This document shows, in pieces, positions 26,441 to 41,025 of a stretch of DNA of 64,000 bases. Numbering within the stretch: position 1 is the stretch's first letter; the number at the start of each line of letters is the position of its first letter. Position numbers and translations under genes: made by a program. The DNA comes from Bispira polyomma (Eukaryota). The notes below the pieces were generated by a model that ran no database searches, was not told where the DNA came from, and was given only the letters and a program-made list of their open reading frames with translations. Location of the stretch: the NCBI GenBank assembly GCA_965649765.1, contig OZ287749.1:48422001-48486000 (forward strand). Direction: 5' to 3'.

Positions 26441-28741
26441 GTTCCGCTTTTAAATTTGCTGTTTATTTGCCACAATATTTACAGGAAGTGGTATAGAACT
26501 TGGCCTCTACATAGTAAATGTTAAACATCTGAAGGTAACTGAATTCTTGCGGGATCATAATATAATCCATCTTGGATGGAGAATAGGATATCTTGTAAAC
26601 AACTTAGCCGAATAGTTGATTATACGTCTGATCATTAGTCAAAAATGTGGGTCTTTAATCGACCTAGACTGGTTTAATGCCTTCAGCTGATATGTGGTCT
26701 TTTGACTCTTTTTGGATACATATTTAGGTGTTTTTATTAAAAACCTTTGTCTGTGGTAATGTATAAATTAGAACATGTAAAACTGTAATAATCACAAGTC
26801 AGATTTCAAACTCACAGATCATTGCACATGATGTATTGTTTTTAACATTTAAAATTATGAACAAGGACACAAATAACTATACATGTCTAGATATTTGACC
26901 TTATCAGTGAAACTGAAATTGATGTCTGTGGAAAAAATATTGCTTCCTTATTACAACATATATGCAGTGTAAATATGCCTCTTTGATAGGATGTTTAATT
27001 AAATAAAATAATTCCAATTAATTTTTTGCACATAAGAGCACTGTGGTAGAGAGATATTGTATACGTGAAAGCATCAAGTGGAACTATCATCGTTGTTCTG
27101 TATAGAGAATAATTCTATCGGTTATTTATAGCACACAAATCTGCTATAAAAAAACAAAGCAGTCCAATGGAATTCTGTACAGCTTTAATAATGGTGGCAG
27201 TCTACTGTTCATGTGTTGGACTTACTTGTACATCATTCTAACTCAATAGAGTTTTGTATCCCATACAGAGTTCCCAGTAATGCTGAGGGGAGGAGTGTTA
27301 TTAGGCACACTTGCTCAAGTGTTTAGTGTTGTTCTTTTATTTGCAAAAAAATGTTTTAAATTAAAGTTATTTTGACAACATTTTCAAAATGTGTGTAACT
27401 GTATGGTCAAATTTATGTGAGACTGTGAAAAAAAATATATAACTTCAGCCCTTGTCCTTAATTCCGTGCTCCAAATTCTGGTGAGCCCCCTATAAGTTAA
27501 AACCACAAGAGACCAGAAAATATATCTACTTAAACAGGAAGATGACCTAACAGAGTGCAACTGTAAGGGGATCCAACTGTACTGACTGTACTTGTAATGG
27601 TGGTAATTTTTTTAATGTAATTGATTCACTTTTTGATGGTGAAAACAAACATCGTAATGAAATTGACGAGTGACATTGACTTTTTTCCCTGTGTGAAACA
27701 GGATGAATGGAAAAAATGTAAAGACATTCTCTTAACAATACACACAACATCTGTATAGTTTATGTATACTTGAGGAAATAACCCAAAAGTTTGAGTGAAC
27801 TTAAGAATGTAGGTGTGGCACTTCTGGAAATTCTAAATTAAAAAGATAAGTAGGTTGATGAAGAAAATAACTTTTTAATTGATAAGTAAAGGTTTGACCT
27901 GCATCAAGACCTTTTCTTTTTAGAAGTAAAGACCTGCACACATGTGATGTAGCTTATCTTAATATTGTTAAAAGTTACATTCTGGTGAAATGGGATAATA
28001 TTTATTGCTTTCAATTTCCCGATATGTCTCTGTAAACTCCGAAACGTGTGGATGATGTCTTCCATACTAGATATATACAGATGTTGTTTCATGCAGTCTA
28101 TTTGTAAACATTAACAATGTGTGTCTAATTATGAATGAAACATATTTAATTTCATCTGAAGAGTGTAAATCTTGGTGTGTGTTTGTTTGTTTAAATTGTG
28201 CTTGTATTCATCATAAATATTACATTCATTGTAATTTGTAGATGTCAACTAGTCAGTTGTATAACCTTTGTATACTCAAACTTTAGAATGTTATAGGCTT
28301 TTATGTACATCTACTGAAATAATTGACATCCTTATTGGTTTTTGGGTGGGTTTTTTTTTAGCCAACTTTAGAATTCCCATCCTCTATGGCAGAAGAAATG
28401 AGTCATCATTTCATAAAGCTATTACTTGAAAACTACATCAGCTATGATCTATCTCTATTGATTGGTGTGTTAGAACTGATGTAATATATACATTGATAAA
28501 CCTATGATTAAGGTACACAAATTAGTCATACTGCTGGTACTTGAGTGTATGTAGATGATAGATATTTACCAACAACATTGTGACGTTGGTATTAGCCTGA
28601 CTTGAGATTCGAGTTTGTCAGTAACTTGTCCTGTGGGTTGGAACAAATTGAAATTACGTATCTGTCGTAATGGTAGCAAGTCCAATTTGGCAGAAGGATC
28701 CAGAATTTGAAATTTTAATTTAATAGCATGACATAATGGTA

Positions 28742-28925
28742 CAGTAGAATATTTATTGACTAAACATTGAGGGAGCAATATTTTGTTTGGATAATAGAAG
28801 GTTTATAAGATAGAAGATGCAGTTGTAAATAAAACAATGGGAAAACATTAATTTGGGAAAGTGAAATTGAGTTTATACTATTGACTATACAGATAATAGA
28901 AGTTTGGATAATAGAGGTTCTACTG
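28742..28925. mobile_element. Tc1/pogo-type MITE (same family)
   Basis: TA-CAGTAGAA...GAGGTTCTACTG-TA; further ends at ~20137 and ~24932. Confidence 0.75.
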
Positions 28926-31900
28926 TATACATTTAGAAAATTGTAATGCAGTCGTACATATGACATGATCTATCCTTGCCATAAATAATGTAGTGTACTT
29001 ATCAGCTGCTAAGAAGAGTGGGAATGTTAGAGTTTATAGGAAGACATTGCGGTTTCCAGTTGTGTGTCTTGAGAGAACTAGAATGGTTCAAAGTCATTAC
29101 ATAACAAACTGTAAAGGCTCAGGGAAGGTTTACACTCAGAATGTGATGGGAGTCTTGGCATATTGAAGTAACAGTAGGTAACAGACTAACTAAACCCATT
29201 CATTAATATGGAAATATAACATTCTACCTATTGGAAAGGCAGCTTCTATTATTGTTCTGCAAACATTGTTTTTCTGTATCAAATTATAGCGACACAGCCT
29301 GACACTTAGGTATATGTGATTTGTCTCAGTAACTGTACTGTTCATTGCATATATACAGTTATACACTTAGATGTAGGAGGGGGTAATAAAATGATGTATC
29401 ATTTTATTCACTGATAATACATGCAGGCAGTTCTAACAGATGTATAAAACAATTAGTGATGTAGTGGCTGAATGGAACATGTTTGAGTTTGTTACCAGTC
29501 TGTACTCTGTTACTTAATAGCTATTATATATTAATACCGAATAAGTATCAACTGTTTTCTTGTTATTGTTTTATGTACAGTAATACCTAGCTTAGAATAT
29601 AGGTTACAGTATGTTTGATTAGAGAAAAAAATGTTAGGTTTAATATATCAATGACAGTACAGGAATTGTACGTACATTGCTTGCACGTGTATATAGACCC
29701 TCTGATCTTGTGTGTATCATGTAGGTTGGATATATTATTTTTCTATTGATTTTTTTTTTTCTGTACATATATACATGTATATTGTACACCTGTGTATTGG
29801 CTTCTGTCATTGTGTACCTATATCTATTTATCTAGCAGTGCAATGTAATAATAGAAAACAATCCCTGTTATTTGGTGTGTTCAGCTTGCTCTCTGCTTTT
29901 AGCTGCGGTGCTCTACGTAGTGTGATACACTAAATACACTGTTAATACATGCATGCATCTTTGGGGTGTATTTTTAGTAGTATGACAGTGGCTTGTCTCT
30001 AGGCTCTACTGAACAGTATTTAAGTCTTCAGTGGGAGTTTATGAAGATTCTCTTGTAGGGTGGTAGGAGACCAGATATTATGGGGGTGGAGTAGTGTTGC
30101 GATGGAATTTTCTATTTATAACCGGTTTCTGCAAAATAATTTTAGGCGAAATACAACGGGAAAAAAAATATATGACCCATAACTGTAAACAGGATATGGA
30201 TTTCTGCTAGCGTTTTAATGCAAAAATTTATTAAATTAGCATGGATTTCTGCTAACATTTTAATGCAAAATTTTGAGATAACTTCATGAATCTGAGGAAG
30301 TTCTTATATTTGAAACTAACCAGTACTTGTGACTATTTAATTAACTAGAGCCCTAAATGTTAAATTGAAAGATAAAGTTGTACCTCGAGTCTGTCTTACA
30401 GGAATTGTTGAGTAGAGTGGTCGTATGTAAAGTAGAAAGGAAATGGGTGGGCATTAGGTGAGGATTTACTAAACTGTGGACACATGGTCTAATCATTGTT
30501 AATTGGGATTGATATCACAGTTATAAAAACTAAATAAGGTATGTATGTATTAATATATGTGTCTAAAACATCGATACTATTCGATAGCAGTGAAATGTTG
30601 TATGTTTAAGGGTGCCTTATATATACTCTGTGAGCCGATAATGGATAGAATATGGTAATAAAAGATAAAGAAAGTGCAGTAAAATGTGCTGTATAAAATT
30701 AGAGTCAAGGTGGGACTTTTATAGCTGTAGAATAGACTAAAACACAATATGTCCTCGTACATATGGTATGGATAAAAAAAAACTGGGGACTCCGCTTTTT
30801 TGTATAAATTTGCCATGCCCACAGATGTTTAGAAGATTTTTTAAACATGCTGCTGTGTTTAGTAGGTATTCACCATAGAGTTGTTACAAAAAAAGGTTAG
30901 CAGGCAGCCAGCTAGTTATTAGTTTCAGCTGTGAAAAAATGTTTATTGTCAGCATTCGTTAAACAGATCTGTAGTAATGTTAACAGATCAAAGTTCATAA
31001 TAAAGTCTATCCCAAGAACTTCTGTTTTATTTATTTTTAGAGGTGATTGGTGAAGAAGCTGTATTTTTTTTTTTTGTATAATTTGAAAGTGTTCATTTTT
31101 ATTATTGATAAATCAATACAATGTTAAGAAAGCTGGTATCTTGTACAATGTTGTATAAATGTTGTTTGCCCGATAACTGATATGTGAAAAACTAAACAAA
31201 TTAAGTGTAAAAGGTCATTAGTATATTTACTTTTGTGCTTGATTTAGGACAATTTCTAGACTTAATGCCTTCATGAATACGGCCCCTGTGTTTGAGTTAA
31301 ACACTTTAAAGCATACATTCGAAATTGCATAAATTTTGCTTTAATTTAAATAATTTAATTTAATGGGTGTTTTTTTTTTTTTCTTTCTTTTTTTGAGGGG
31401 TAAAATTCAATAGTTTGTTGTGAGTGTAGCAACCATAGTCAAGTCTTAAAGTTCTTTAACATTGTAAAAGAATAACACACTGTACATTGTACAATAATGT
31501 ACAATTATAATGTAATATTATACATGTTAACAAAATGAAACCATTGTTTAGTACCATTTTTTGTGCTAGCTCTTCAAGCATATTGGTTCCATTTTTCTTG
31601 TGAGTTTTTTTTTTTAGTGAGGTTTTAATATTTATTCTAGTTGTACATAAAATCCAAAGTATAGACAAGTCACTATATTCAAATGAAGCTGGTTTCATTG
31701 AGTAACTATATCAACAGTTACTTACTCACTAGTTGATGGGGTGTTTCAATAACATAAAAGTTTGCCATAAGTACCTTTATTAAAATAATGAGTTATTGCT
31801 CCTAAATCTAATAAACTTTAAGTTGTTCTGGGAAAAAAAAATGTGTTTCAATGTAAAATGAGTTATCAACTTCTGTGAAAATGCCAAATTTAAGTCTCGT

Positions 31901-34600
31901 ACCTCAAAAGCATTATTGGAATTCTATTATATTTATTAAATTTTCATGATTTTTTTACATGTTTAATAATTGTTAAAACATAATATCTACAGAGGAAGTT
32001 GACAGTATGCCCTTACCAGGCATTCAGTGCTTGTTGAAAGTTGTGAACACTGTTGTAATATGATTTGCAACTATTTTGCCAGTCATTTTTACAATTAAAT
32101 AACTAGTGCAAACAAACGTCAATTATTGTAACAGGTTTTTGGGGAAGTAAAAATTAATTCGTAAATTAAAAGTACACAATTTGCATTTTTGGATAGTTAT
32201 ATTGCATGTGCTCTTTTTTTTCTTGCGCATTGCATTCTGTTTTAAAGTCAAAAATTAATTTATTTACATTTATGTGATGTTATTGGTTTAGTTTTTGCTT
32301 AAGTTAAACTGTTTTGTTCACAGTTGCCTCAGAGAAGACAAGTTTGTAAATGTGAAGTAACTGCAGATATTTGTAACTTGTATGTTGGAACCTTTTTACG
32401 CCCATTAAATATAGTGAAATAAACACTAAAATAAACCTGGACTTATTACTTCTAACACACAACCTTTCATGAGTGGCTGGGTTCTTGTTATTTTCCCACC
32501 TTGTCAGTACGAGATAGGCTAGATAGCTGGAAGATTGACTTAGAAACTATACCTGAATAGACGTTACAACTTGGTTGAAATACTCTTTTGTGGTTGTACA
32601 TGTGAATGGCCTTCAAACATTCCTTGGACATTATCCTAACCAAGTCTCCTGAACTTTATATCTTTAAAATATGTGCTCCTATTCTACCAATATCTCCAGC
32701 TTAACTCTAAAGGTTTCCTGTCTCTAGAAAGATAAAAAGATACATCAAAGTTAACTATATAGTTAAATTCCACGCTGAAACTAAAAATGAATGTCTCTGG
32801 TAGAAGGTGTTTTAATATAGTATGATGGACTTTCACAGAAAAGGTGTGCTGCGGCACAGACAACCCGTACCGTAGTTGAAATTAATGCTGCTCTGTACCG
32901 ACTATGGAGAAATGGCTTTTGTTGAAGTTTATTATTCTATTTTTATTGGATATTTATTCATAGTACACATGATACGAGAAATAAATGAATAAGTGTTGTT
33001 TTTTAAAAAAGAAACTGGCACACTGTGAAATACAATAAATGTTGATGTGGCCACTATATATACCCAAGACTGCTTGGCAACTGTACAAATATTAATCTGA
33101 CGCGCCTCAGTTTGGGCAGGTCTGTTGCTGCCTACCAATCCATGAAGGCCTTACATATTAATTCAAAGATGGCGGCACCCTTTTTAGAATGAAAACAATA
33201 TCGGGCTGCGCCTTATGCAAACCTTAGTTGCATCAATTAGCCCCCAAAAAATGGAAGAGAAAAAGAATGGTGTTGAACTAACTAAAAACAAAAAAAAAAT
33301 TATAATGTCCAGTAATTACAAAATAATTTGTAATAATAATTACAAAAATTAAAATTCTGTGTGTTGAACACTAAATCTGGTTTTTATAATGAAAACAAAT
33401 CTTCTAGATACTTCTAGTCACTCCGAGTAAAAAGTATTTTTGAAACTAGTAAAAGTACTACCCAATGCATTCTACACTTAAGATATTTAATGTAGGACAA
33501 GTCATCTGAGCATAACTGAGCAAATGTGACGATTCCTTCGCTTTGAGAATAAACTCCTGACATTGTAACTGATTTATATCCGTCTCCAAACATGTTATAG
33601 CTGCAATGCCCTCGTTTATTACATAAGATATAAGGTGTTTAGAAATTCTAGACCAGCCAGGCTTTTCAAAATCTACCATGCCATTGTGTATTAGACAAGG
33701 CAAAAAGGTTTTAGAAGGTCCAAGTCACTGCTGTCCTTCAGAAGACGAGGTATCCTAGAAGTACATTTCATCATCAAGAAAACATACATGGTTGCATTAT
33801 GGTTTTCAAGTCTATTCAGTTCAAATTGACATAAAGGAATACATTATGTATGGTTAAAAAGGAAAATACAAAATTTATAATTTTCTTTTGTAATTCCACA
33901 CACAAATTCACCTGAAGATCACCTCAATTAAAACCAACAAAAACAAAAATTGATGATCATGTGACGTGTTTGAGGATTCAGATTTGACCCTCCAACCCCG
34001 CAAGTCATATGTGTGGTGTATGAGAACATTGTGCTTTAAGTAAACTAGTATATTCAAGCGTGATTTACTATTTCTACAATTGTTTTTTTTTTTATTTGTT
34101 TTATTAGATCTATTTATTACACTTGACTTTGTTTATTTTACAACACATTTCTTACAAACTGTGTTTAAATAGAATAAAATCATGTTACTCTTGTATAAAA
34201 TTTGACTATACACTGTCTACAGTTGACATCCATGTACTTTTTCTGACACCAAGACACAGGTGATGAATTAGTTTTTGGATGATTTCATCAAAATACAGAG
34301 ATGTGTGCGGGTCTCGTGTTCAGACGTTAACATGGTGTATTTGTGTATTTTTTTTTTTTTTTTTTTTTTGCAAGGGGGAAGTAAAACAAACATGATATAA
34401 GGCTGTACATTTACTCTTTAATATAAAAACCTAGAAGTTTCAAGTAGAAATTTCATCCAGATTTTGGATAGATAAACAAAGTGTACATTACAAGTAACTA
34501 GTGGTAAACTAATTCATAACCTCAGATACATTCTTTTTTTTTAAATACATGCAGCCAATAACTCAACAAATTAATAGTTCTGATTTGCTCTCACTGCTTG

Positions 34601-34852
34601 GGCCGCGGTGGCTTAGTGGTTAGCAAGCATTGCGCTTCACAATTACTGGTCTCTCACCTCTGGGCGGCGTGAATTCGACTCCTATTGATGCCTATGTGGA
34701 AAAGGTGGTAGTTCCTTACTGCGGGCCGCTGGTTTCAGTGCAGAACCTTGAACAACTGTATGCAGTGTTTCCTCCAGCTTTTCCAACTACCAGTCCCAAT
34801 ATAACCTAAACAGGTACCAGAGTGGACGTTAAATATCCAAATTCAAAAATTT
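34601..34852 (+). mobile_element. tRNA-derived SINE family A
   Basis: Homologous to the other copies; 12-bp TSD tctcactgcttg (34589-34600 / 34853-34864). Confidence 0.92.
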
Positions 34853-35004
34853 TCTCACTGCTTGAATCAATTTCTGAAATATAGCAATATTCCTAAGCCT
34901 TTTCAAAAGAAATTTGGCAGTTTTATATGATATTTATTTATTTAGCAAATACAAAATTGCAAGTGCAAAATTGCAAGTGAAGATGCATCTTTTTTTGTCA
35001 TACT

Positions 35005-36140
35005 AAACTAGACCTAGCACATTGGAGAACCGATGCATATTTGTATCCACCAGAAAGACAAAGCACCCTAGGTAGAAAGCACCCTAGCTAGCACCCAAGC
35101 TAGAAGCCTATGATTTCCTATAGGGCATTTATGTTAAAGCCTTAAATCGCACAAGTGGGTTTCACATTGCAAACATGTGGGACCAATAAGTGTGAGATAG
35201 GCCCACCTGTTTGACCTTGCACGAGGGATCCAAGGTCAAATCTGACCACAACAAAAGATTAGCAGCCCATGATTTCCTATAGGTTGGTTTCACATCGCAA
35301 ACCTGTACGACACCAATAATAAGCAAGATATAGGCACTTTTAAGTTTGACCAAGACTGACCTTGAACGAGGGGCCAAAGGTCAAATCAGACCACATCAAA
35401 AGATTCCCAGGCCTTGATTTCCTACAGTTTGATTCCATATTTCAAACCTGTAGGACCAATAATAAGAGAGATATAGACACTTTTAAGTTTGGCCATCTGC
35501 ATTTGACCTTGAACAAGGGGCCCAAGGTCAAATTTAAGTACATGAAAAGATTCCAAGCCCATGATTTTCTTTAGGTAGGTTTGGCACTCCAAACCTGTCG
35601 GACCAATAATAAGCAAGATATAGGCACTTTTAAGTTTGGCCATCTGCATTTGACCTTAAACGAGGAGCCCAAGGTCAAATCTAAGCATATTAAGAGATTT
35701 CCGCTTATGATTTCCTATAGGTTGGTTTCAGATCCCAAACCTGTTTGACCAAAAATAAGCAAGATATAGGCACTTTTAGTTTTAGCCATACCTGTTTAAC
35801 CTTGAAAGAGAGGGTCAAGGTCAAATCTGAGCGTATCAAAAGATTCCCTGCTTATGATTTCCTAGAGGTTAGTTTCAGATCCCAAACCTCTAGGACCAAT
35901 ATTAGGTGAGATATAGGTACTTTTAGGTTTGGCCATCCATGTTTGACCTTGAAGGAGAGGGCCAAGGTCAAATCGAAACACATGAAAATATTCTCAGCCA
36001 ATGATTTTCTACAAGCTTGTTTCAGATCCCAAACCTCTAGGACCAATATTAAGCCAGATATAGGCACCAGGGAAAGTTGGCCAAAATCGGTCACTTGGGG
36101 TACTTTGGTACCCTGTGGATGACCTTGAATAGGGAGATTC
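35005..36140 (-). mobile_element. Helentron/HINE-like element, 3' part with 6-7 tandem ~147-bp units
   Basis: Minus-strand end GGTGGATACA + hairpin + CTAGTTT; CAAGGTCAAAT recurs at ~147-bp spacing. Confidence 0.75.
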
Positions 36141-37142
36141 AACTATTCACATCTTTTATGTTAAATGTTTAAAGACGTGACATATAAGCCCAATAGAGGG
36201 CTGGGTATTTTGTAGCATTTTTATGTTTGTATTTGTATATATGTGTGTTGTAAATTAATACATGTCAATGTAATAAAAAGAATAATAATTTCAAACCTTC
36301 ATCTGTTGACGAAATTATTGCAGATAAACACTTGTAGAAAGTTGGGAGGGGGGGCGGGAGTTAGGAACTGATAAGGTTTGCATATTCATTGTGAGTTGTT
36401 GAATGGTGAATTTGTGGTATAATTGCTGTCTTTATTCTTTATCTGTTCATTTACTGTAATCTCATGGTCATCATAATCCATTATACAACAAACTTTGTGT
36501 TCTTTCTTAACCATGTGTGTCCTTTCTCCTTACTTTTACCTCTACTTATCTCTTATCTCTAAAATAGTTTAATTAGCTTCTTGACTTATCTCGGATTTGA
36601 AGTCTTGCTGTTCTTGTTGTTTTGAAGGTCATACAGTGAATTTCCTTCCACTGTTATGTGTCGTGATGTTTATTTTCTACTTATAGAAAGGCCAGTAAAG
36701 TACATAGTCATATCTCACACTTGTAAACTATTTCTATAGTGTTTGGTTTTTGAACCACATCAAAATCTAGGACAATATATGACAAAGGACCACTTTATCT
36801 TTTATTTTATCGGTATAAATATTATCATATTAATGTGTGGGCTGAAAATTGATTTAAAAATACAGCTAATATAAATATATATATGTGTGTTATATCACCA
36901 GCAATTTCATTTTCTTGTAAACAAAATCAAGAATAAATATTGTTGTACTTTATTGGTCCATGTCCTTGGTCTAAGCAAAAAAACAACAAAACAAAACAAA
37001 CCAAATGGCAGACAACATCACTATAACTATTATATAAGACCTAACATGAATGTCGCTCACATTCTCGCGGAAAATACTCTCGTAAAAACATGAAGTATCT
37101 CTTGTATAATCCATATTATAAGTCTATGTCCCAATGTGTGAT

Positions 37143-37430
37143 CCCCCTTATGTCTAGTGGTTAGGGTGTTGGTCTGAAAATCAGAAGGTCCCGGTACTAT
37201 TCCTGGTACTGACCCCTAGTTTAATTTGGTGGAATAACATCATTGGGAAAGATGTGAAGACAAGTTTGCCTAGTGGCTTGGATGACCACTTAAAATAGTG
37301 GCTGTCCTCTTTCACTGAGTAATATCTCCAGGGGCAGGCTAAAGATCATTGAGGACGTTGATGAGTGGTCATCCTCAAGAAAGTCTTAGCGCCCACAGTG
37401 GCAGCCCATGGTGCTGGCCATGAGGAAACA
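37143..37430 (+). mobile_element. tRNA-SINE family B
   Basis: TCTAGTGGTTAGG head, aacatcattgggaaagatgt core; a minus-strand fragment recurs at ~52895-52930. Confidence 0.6.
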
Positions 37431-37540
37431 CATTTGTAATTATCCTATATATTGTATAATTGCGCTAACAAATGTCATATTAAAATTCATTTTTATTTCA
37501 TTACACACATCAGCACAATTTAAACCAGAAAATATAGGTC

Positions 37541-38090
37541 ATTATTATTATTATAGATTTTTAACGCAGTTTATTGATGCTAGGCATCTTCTAAAGCGCA
37601 ACAGCAGAATCATTGGTCCAATCATAAAGTCCATGGTCATTGCAAAGTCGTAAGGAAGGAAGTGGGAGCGTGCACGAGGAAAGCTAAGGTGGGTAGGCAA
37701 GATTGAAAGATAGGTTTTGAGCTTTTTCCTAAAACCGATAAGTGTGTCAACTGATCTGAGGTCAACTGGGAGACTGTTCCATAACCGTGGAGCTGCAGTG
37801 GAGAACGCTCTGAATCCCGCCTTTCTGATTGGTCTGACCAAAGTGACGGAGAGTCTGTTACCTCTCTTACGGTTACTGAAGGAAAGAAGGGAGGCAAGGT
37901 AGGGTGGCTGTTGAGTGACTACAGCCTTAAAAGTGGTAACATGAATCTTAAACAAAATGCGAGATTTAATGGGCAGTCAATGTAATTTTTTAAGGTAAGG
38001 AGCGACATCTGTGCGACAACCCAGGCGAAAAATGACCCTACATAGGTAGTTTTGGATGGACTGGAGGTTTTTAATGTGTGACTTGTTTGC
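37541..38090 (-). mobile_element. L2/CR1-group LINE 3' fragment (same family as 55484-57101)
   Basis: FKIHVTTFKA..QPPYL, RAFSTAAPRLWNSLP, FRKKLKTYL; (TAA)n tail. Confidence 0.9.
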
Positions 38091-39177
38091 TCACCTTTGG
38101 TCAGGTCATGTTCATAAAGTATTTATAGCTCTTACTCTTCGAACGGATTTAATAACAGATTTTATTGCACTAAGGGGCATGTTTTAGGAGGAAGAGTGAA
38201 AAATGGTATATGTTGATTATTGTACCAAAAATGCTTCACGATGACGTCATGAGGATATGTCACTCACTTAGCATGAAATCCTCTAATACTGCTACGCAAT
38301 GTGTGTATCATTCTCTTTAAAAAACGTTATTTTATCGATAAACACCAAATGGCACTAGATTATGCAAACTTAATGGTGTACAAGGGGCTTTACATAATGT
38401 AAGTGCCACAAGGTGTTTATCTATTATAACACCCAACCCAACTAAGACAAAATTACAATTAAATCAACAATGTCTCTTCAAATATTTACTTTATTGAATA
38501 GTACAAAAATGCTACCACTAAATTATTTTCTAATGCTACATATTATGTATAGGAGAATAGCCGAGAATCAAGTGTTTGTTTAAAAATATTGATCCGAGCC
38601 GAAAGCGAGGACTATTAATTTAAAGAACTGACTAATTTATTAAACAAAGTCATTCAATAATGTGGCCCAGAAGAGGGACAGGACTTTTTTTAAAAATAAA
38701 CATCTGTTTTAAACAATAGGTATCACCCAAACAGGAGTTCAAAAGAAAATAATGTTGTTACAGTTTAATGGTAATTCATACCGCTTGGGTGTTATATACA
38801 CGAGTTCGTATGTACTCAATGTTATATGTACTCTATATTTTTATGTAATGCTTTGTACATTCTACATAAAGTCTTTGGAATGGCAAAAGCTTATTTCCGC
38901 CTCAGAGGAGCCCCAAACATAAACAAGATGCCAGTCACACACATTCTGTTTGTGCCCTCTGTGTAAGAACAGAGAACAACAGCTCACACATCATATCATG
39001 ATAACACAGTGACTGATTGTTGACGGCTGGTTCGCGAAAGTTTTTAGGTAAACAAAAAAAAAAAAAGCAAAAACAACTTCACACACAAAGACATAATCAA
39101 GTGCTGTGCCACATAAATAATCACGATGTACACTATTACCCAAAGATAAATGTTTTACGTAAAATTATTGTCCCTAA

Positions 39178-39704
39178 TGGCAAAGTCACATTCGACTTCC
39201 GTTTTGTTTGCACAAAAATTAGTAAAGAAACCTGAAGCATAAGTATTTGCGTAATAAAGCTATTTTGCGTATATAAACATATGCTTGCATAAGTAAATTT
39301 CAAGCCGCACAGAAATATGCTTCGTTTGGCTACGTTTTTGTAATATCCACTGATACATATTCAACGTAATTAAAAACTTAATGAAAACGAATTTAAAACG
39401 AATTTGAAACGAATTTTGGTATTAAATGTATAAGACGCTAGTGAAGCGAATATAACGTATTTGAAACAAGATCAAATGTATGAGGTAAGTGTATGGAATG
39501 TAATTTTAACCAATTTAAAACATGGCCTACGTCACAAATGTAGTTAAAAATTCACAGGTTGTACGTCTTAATATTCAGGAAGAGTGTGATAGAAACAATT
39601 ATGTTTGCCAAATTTTCACTTTGTGTTTACTTACGTTTGCTACGTTCATAAAATATAAAAGAAATAAATATACTGTACAAAATGTACTCGGTGTGACGAG
39701 GCCA
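39178..39704. mobile_element. Harbinger-like MITE; a related end starts at ~63790 and runs off the window
   Basis: GGCAAAGTCACA / TGTGACGAGGCC termini with TAA flanks; right end matches GCCGTGGTCACACTGAGCACATTT at 63790. Confidence 0.55.
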
Positions 39705-40381
39705 TAACTTAAGAGAAGTAGAAGCAAGAATGACAGAAATGAAATAAAAACGATAATATCGTAATATAAAATGTAAATGAGTCTTTTTTTTCTTTACCCA
39801 AACATCCCATATACATGGTATCTATTTTTATATTAATAAATATATTTGAATGTACTTGTTTTCACCAATAATAAGTCCTAGCTGTGTAGTACATACGTTT
39901 ATAACTCATATTACACAGTTACATTGTACTTTGAATGTGTATGACTGTTATTATAGATGTCTACTAGCAATTGTGTGATTTCCATTTCCCACCTCTGCAG
40001 ATCTAAAGTTGTGGGTTTGAATCAACTATGTGTTTATAAGTTCATTGACACACTTTGCTACGCAGGCATTCACATTACCGGTGGAGTCAGAATACTGTTC
40101 GATGGACATTTCAATGTGTAAATTGTGGATTTCTTTAAAATAAAAGTATTCTTTACTTTAATTCTTAGCCTTAAAGCTGCATATGTTTGCAATATATTTT
40201 TTTAATGCAATCGGACAGTATAATGACCCTACCAGTATTATGAACACCCGTGTACTTCATTAATCAGCCCAGGACGTCTCTCCCTTTTTTCTTTTTTTTG
40301 TTTGGGGCGGAGGAGGGAGGGGGGGGGGGAGTCTCTACCCTATTTAGAAGACTTTATTATAATAACTTATTATGTAAGTCA

Positions 40382-40529
40382 GGCCCGTATTCACAAAACA
40401 TTCTAAGATCCAGTTCTACAAAAAAAAAAAAAAGCATAATCTCACCCAGATCCTTTCGGACAGTAGTTTCTGCCAATCAAGTTAGTGAAGACAAAAATTT
40501 AAGAATAGGAATCATTGTGAATACCAGCC
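40382..40529. mobile_element. Small Harbinger-like MITE (related copy ~22235-22360)
   Basis: TIR GGCCCGTATTCACAA / TTGTGAATACCAGCC. Confidence 0.65.
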
Positions 40530-41025
40530 ATAATGTAGGTGAGTGATAGAATAGACAGAATACGAAAACATTGTCATTATTAAAAGGAGAATGCCCACTT
40601 TATTAAGCCCATAAACGAGTAGTTAAAAGATTAGTGTCAAAAATTAGTTTGCAATCTTTGAACAAGCTTTGGATTTTGAAAATGGACAAAATAAAACTGA
40701 TTAATAATACAAGAATTTTTTCTTTATTTTTTCCTGCCATTTTTCAACGAGTGGCAGCGGGAAACATAAATGGTTTAAGGTTGATTTACAAACGCTGGAA
40801 AATTTTAATACCAAAATCACAAAAATTCAAGATCAGAATTGTCCATACAAAAGACGTATCTGGATCCTAAAAAAAAATAGCACAAAATCTCACATGATTA
40901 GGCTGGATTCTTTGTCCAATGTGAATTAAAGCCAACAATTTTTTTTTGCGGATAAATGGATCCTGGTGCCGATCCAGATACGCTGCAGTGTGGATCTACA
41001 TTTTTTATTATATACATGTATATCC

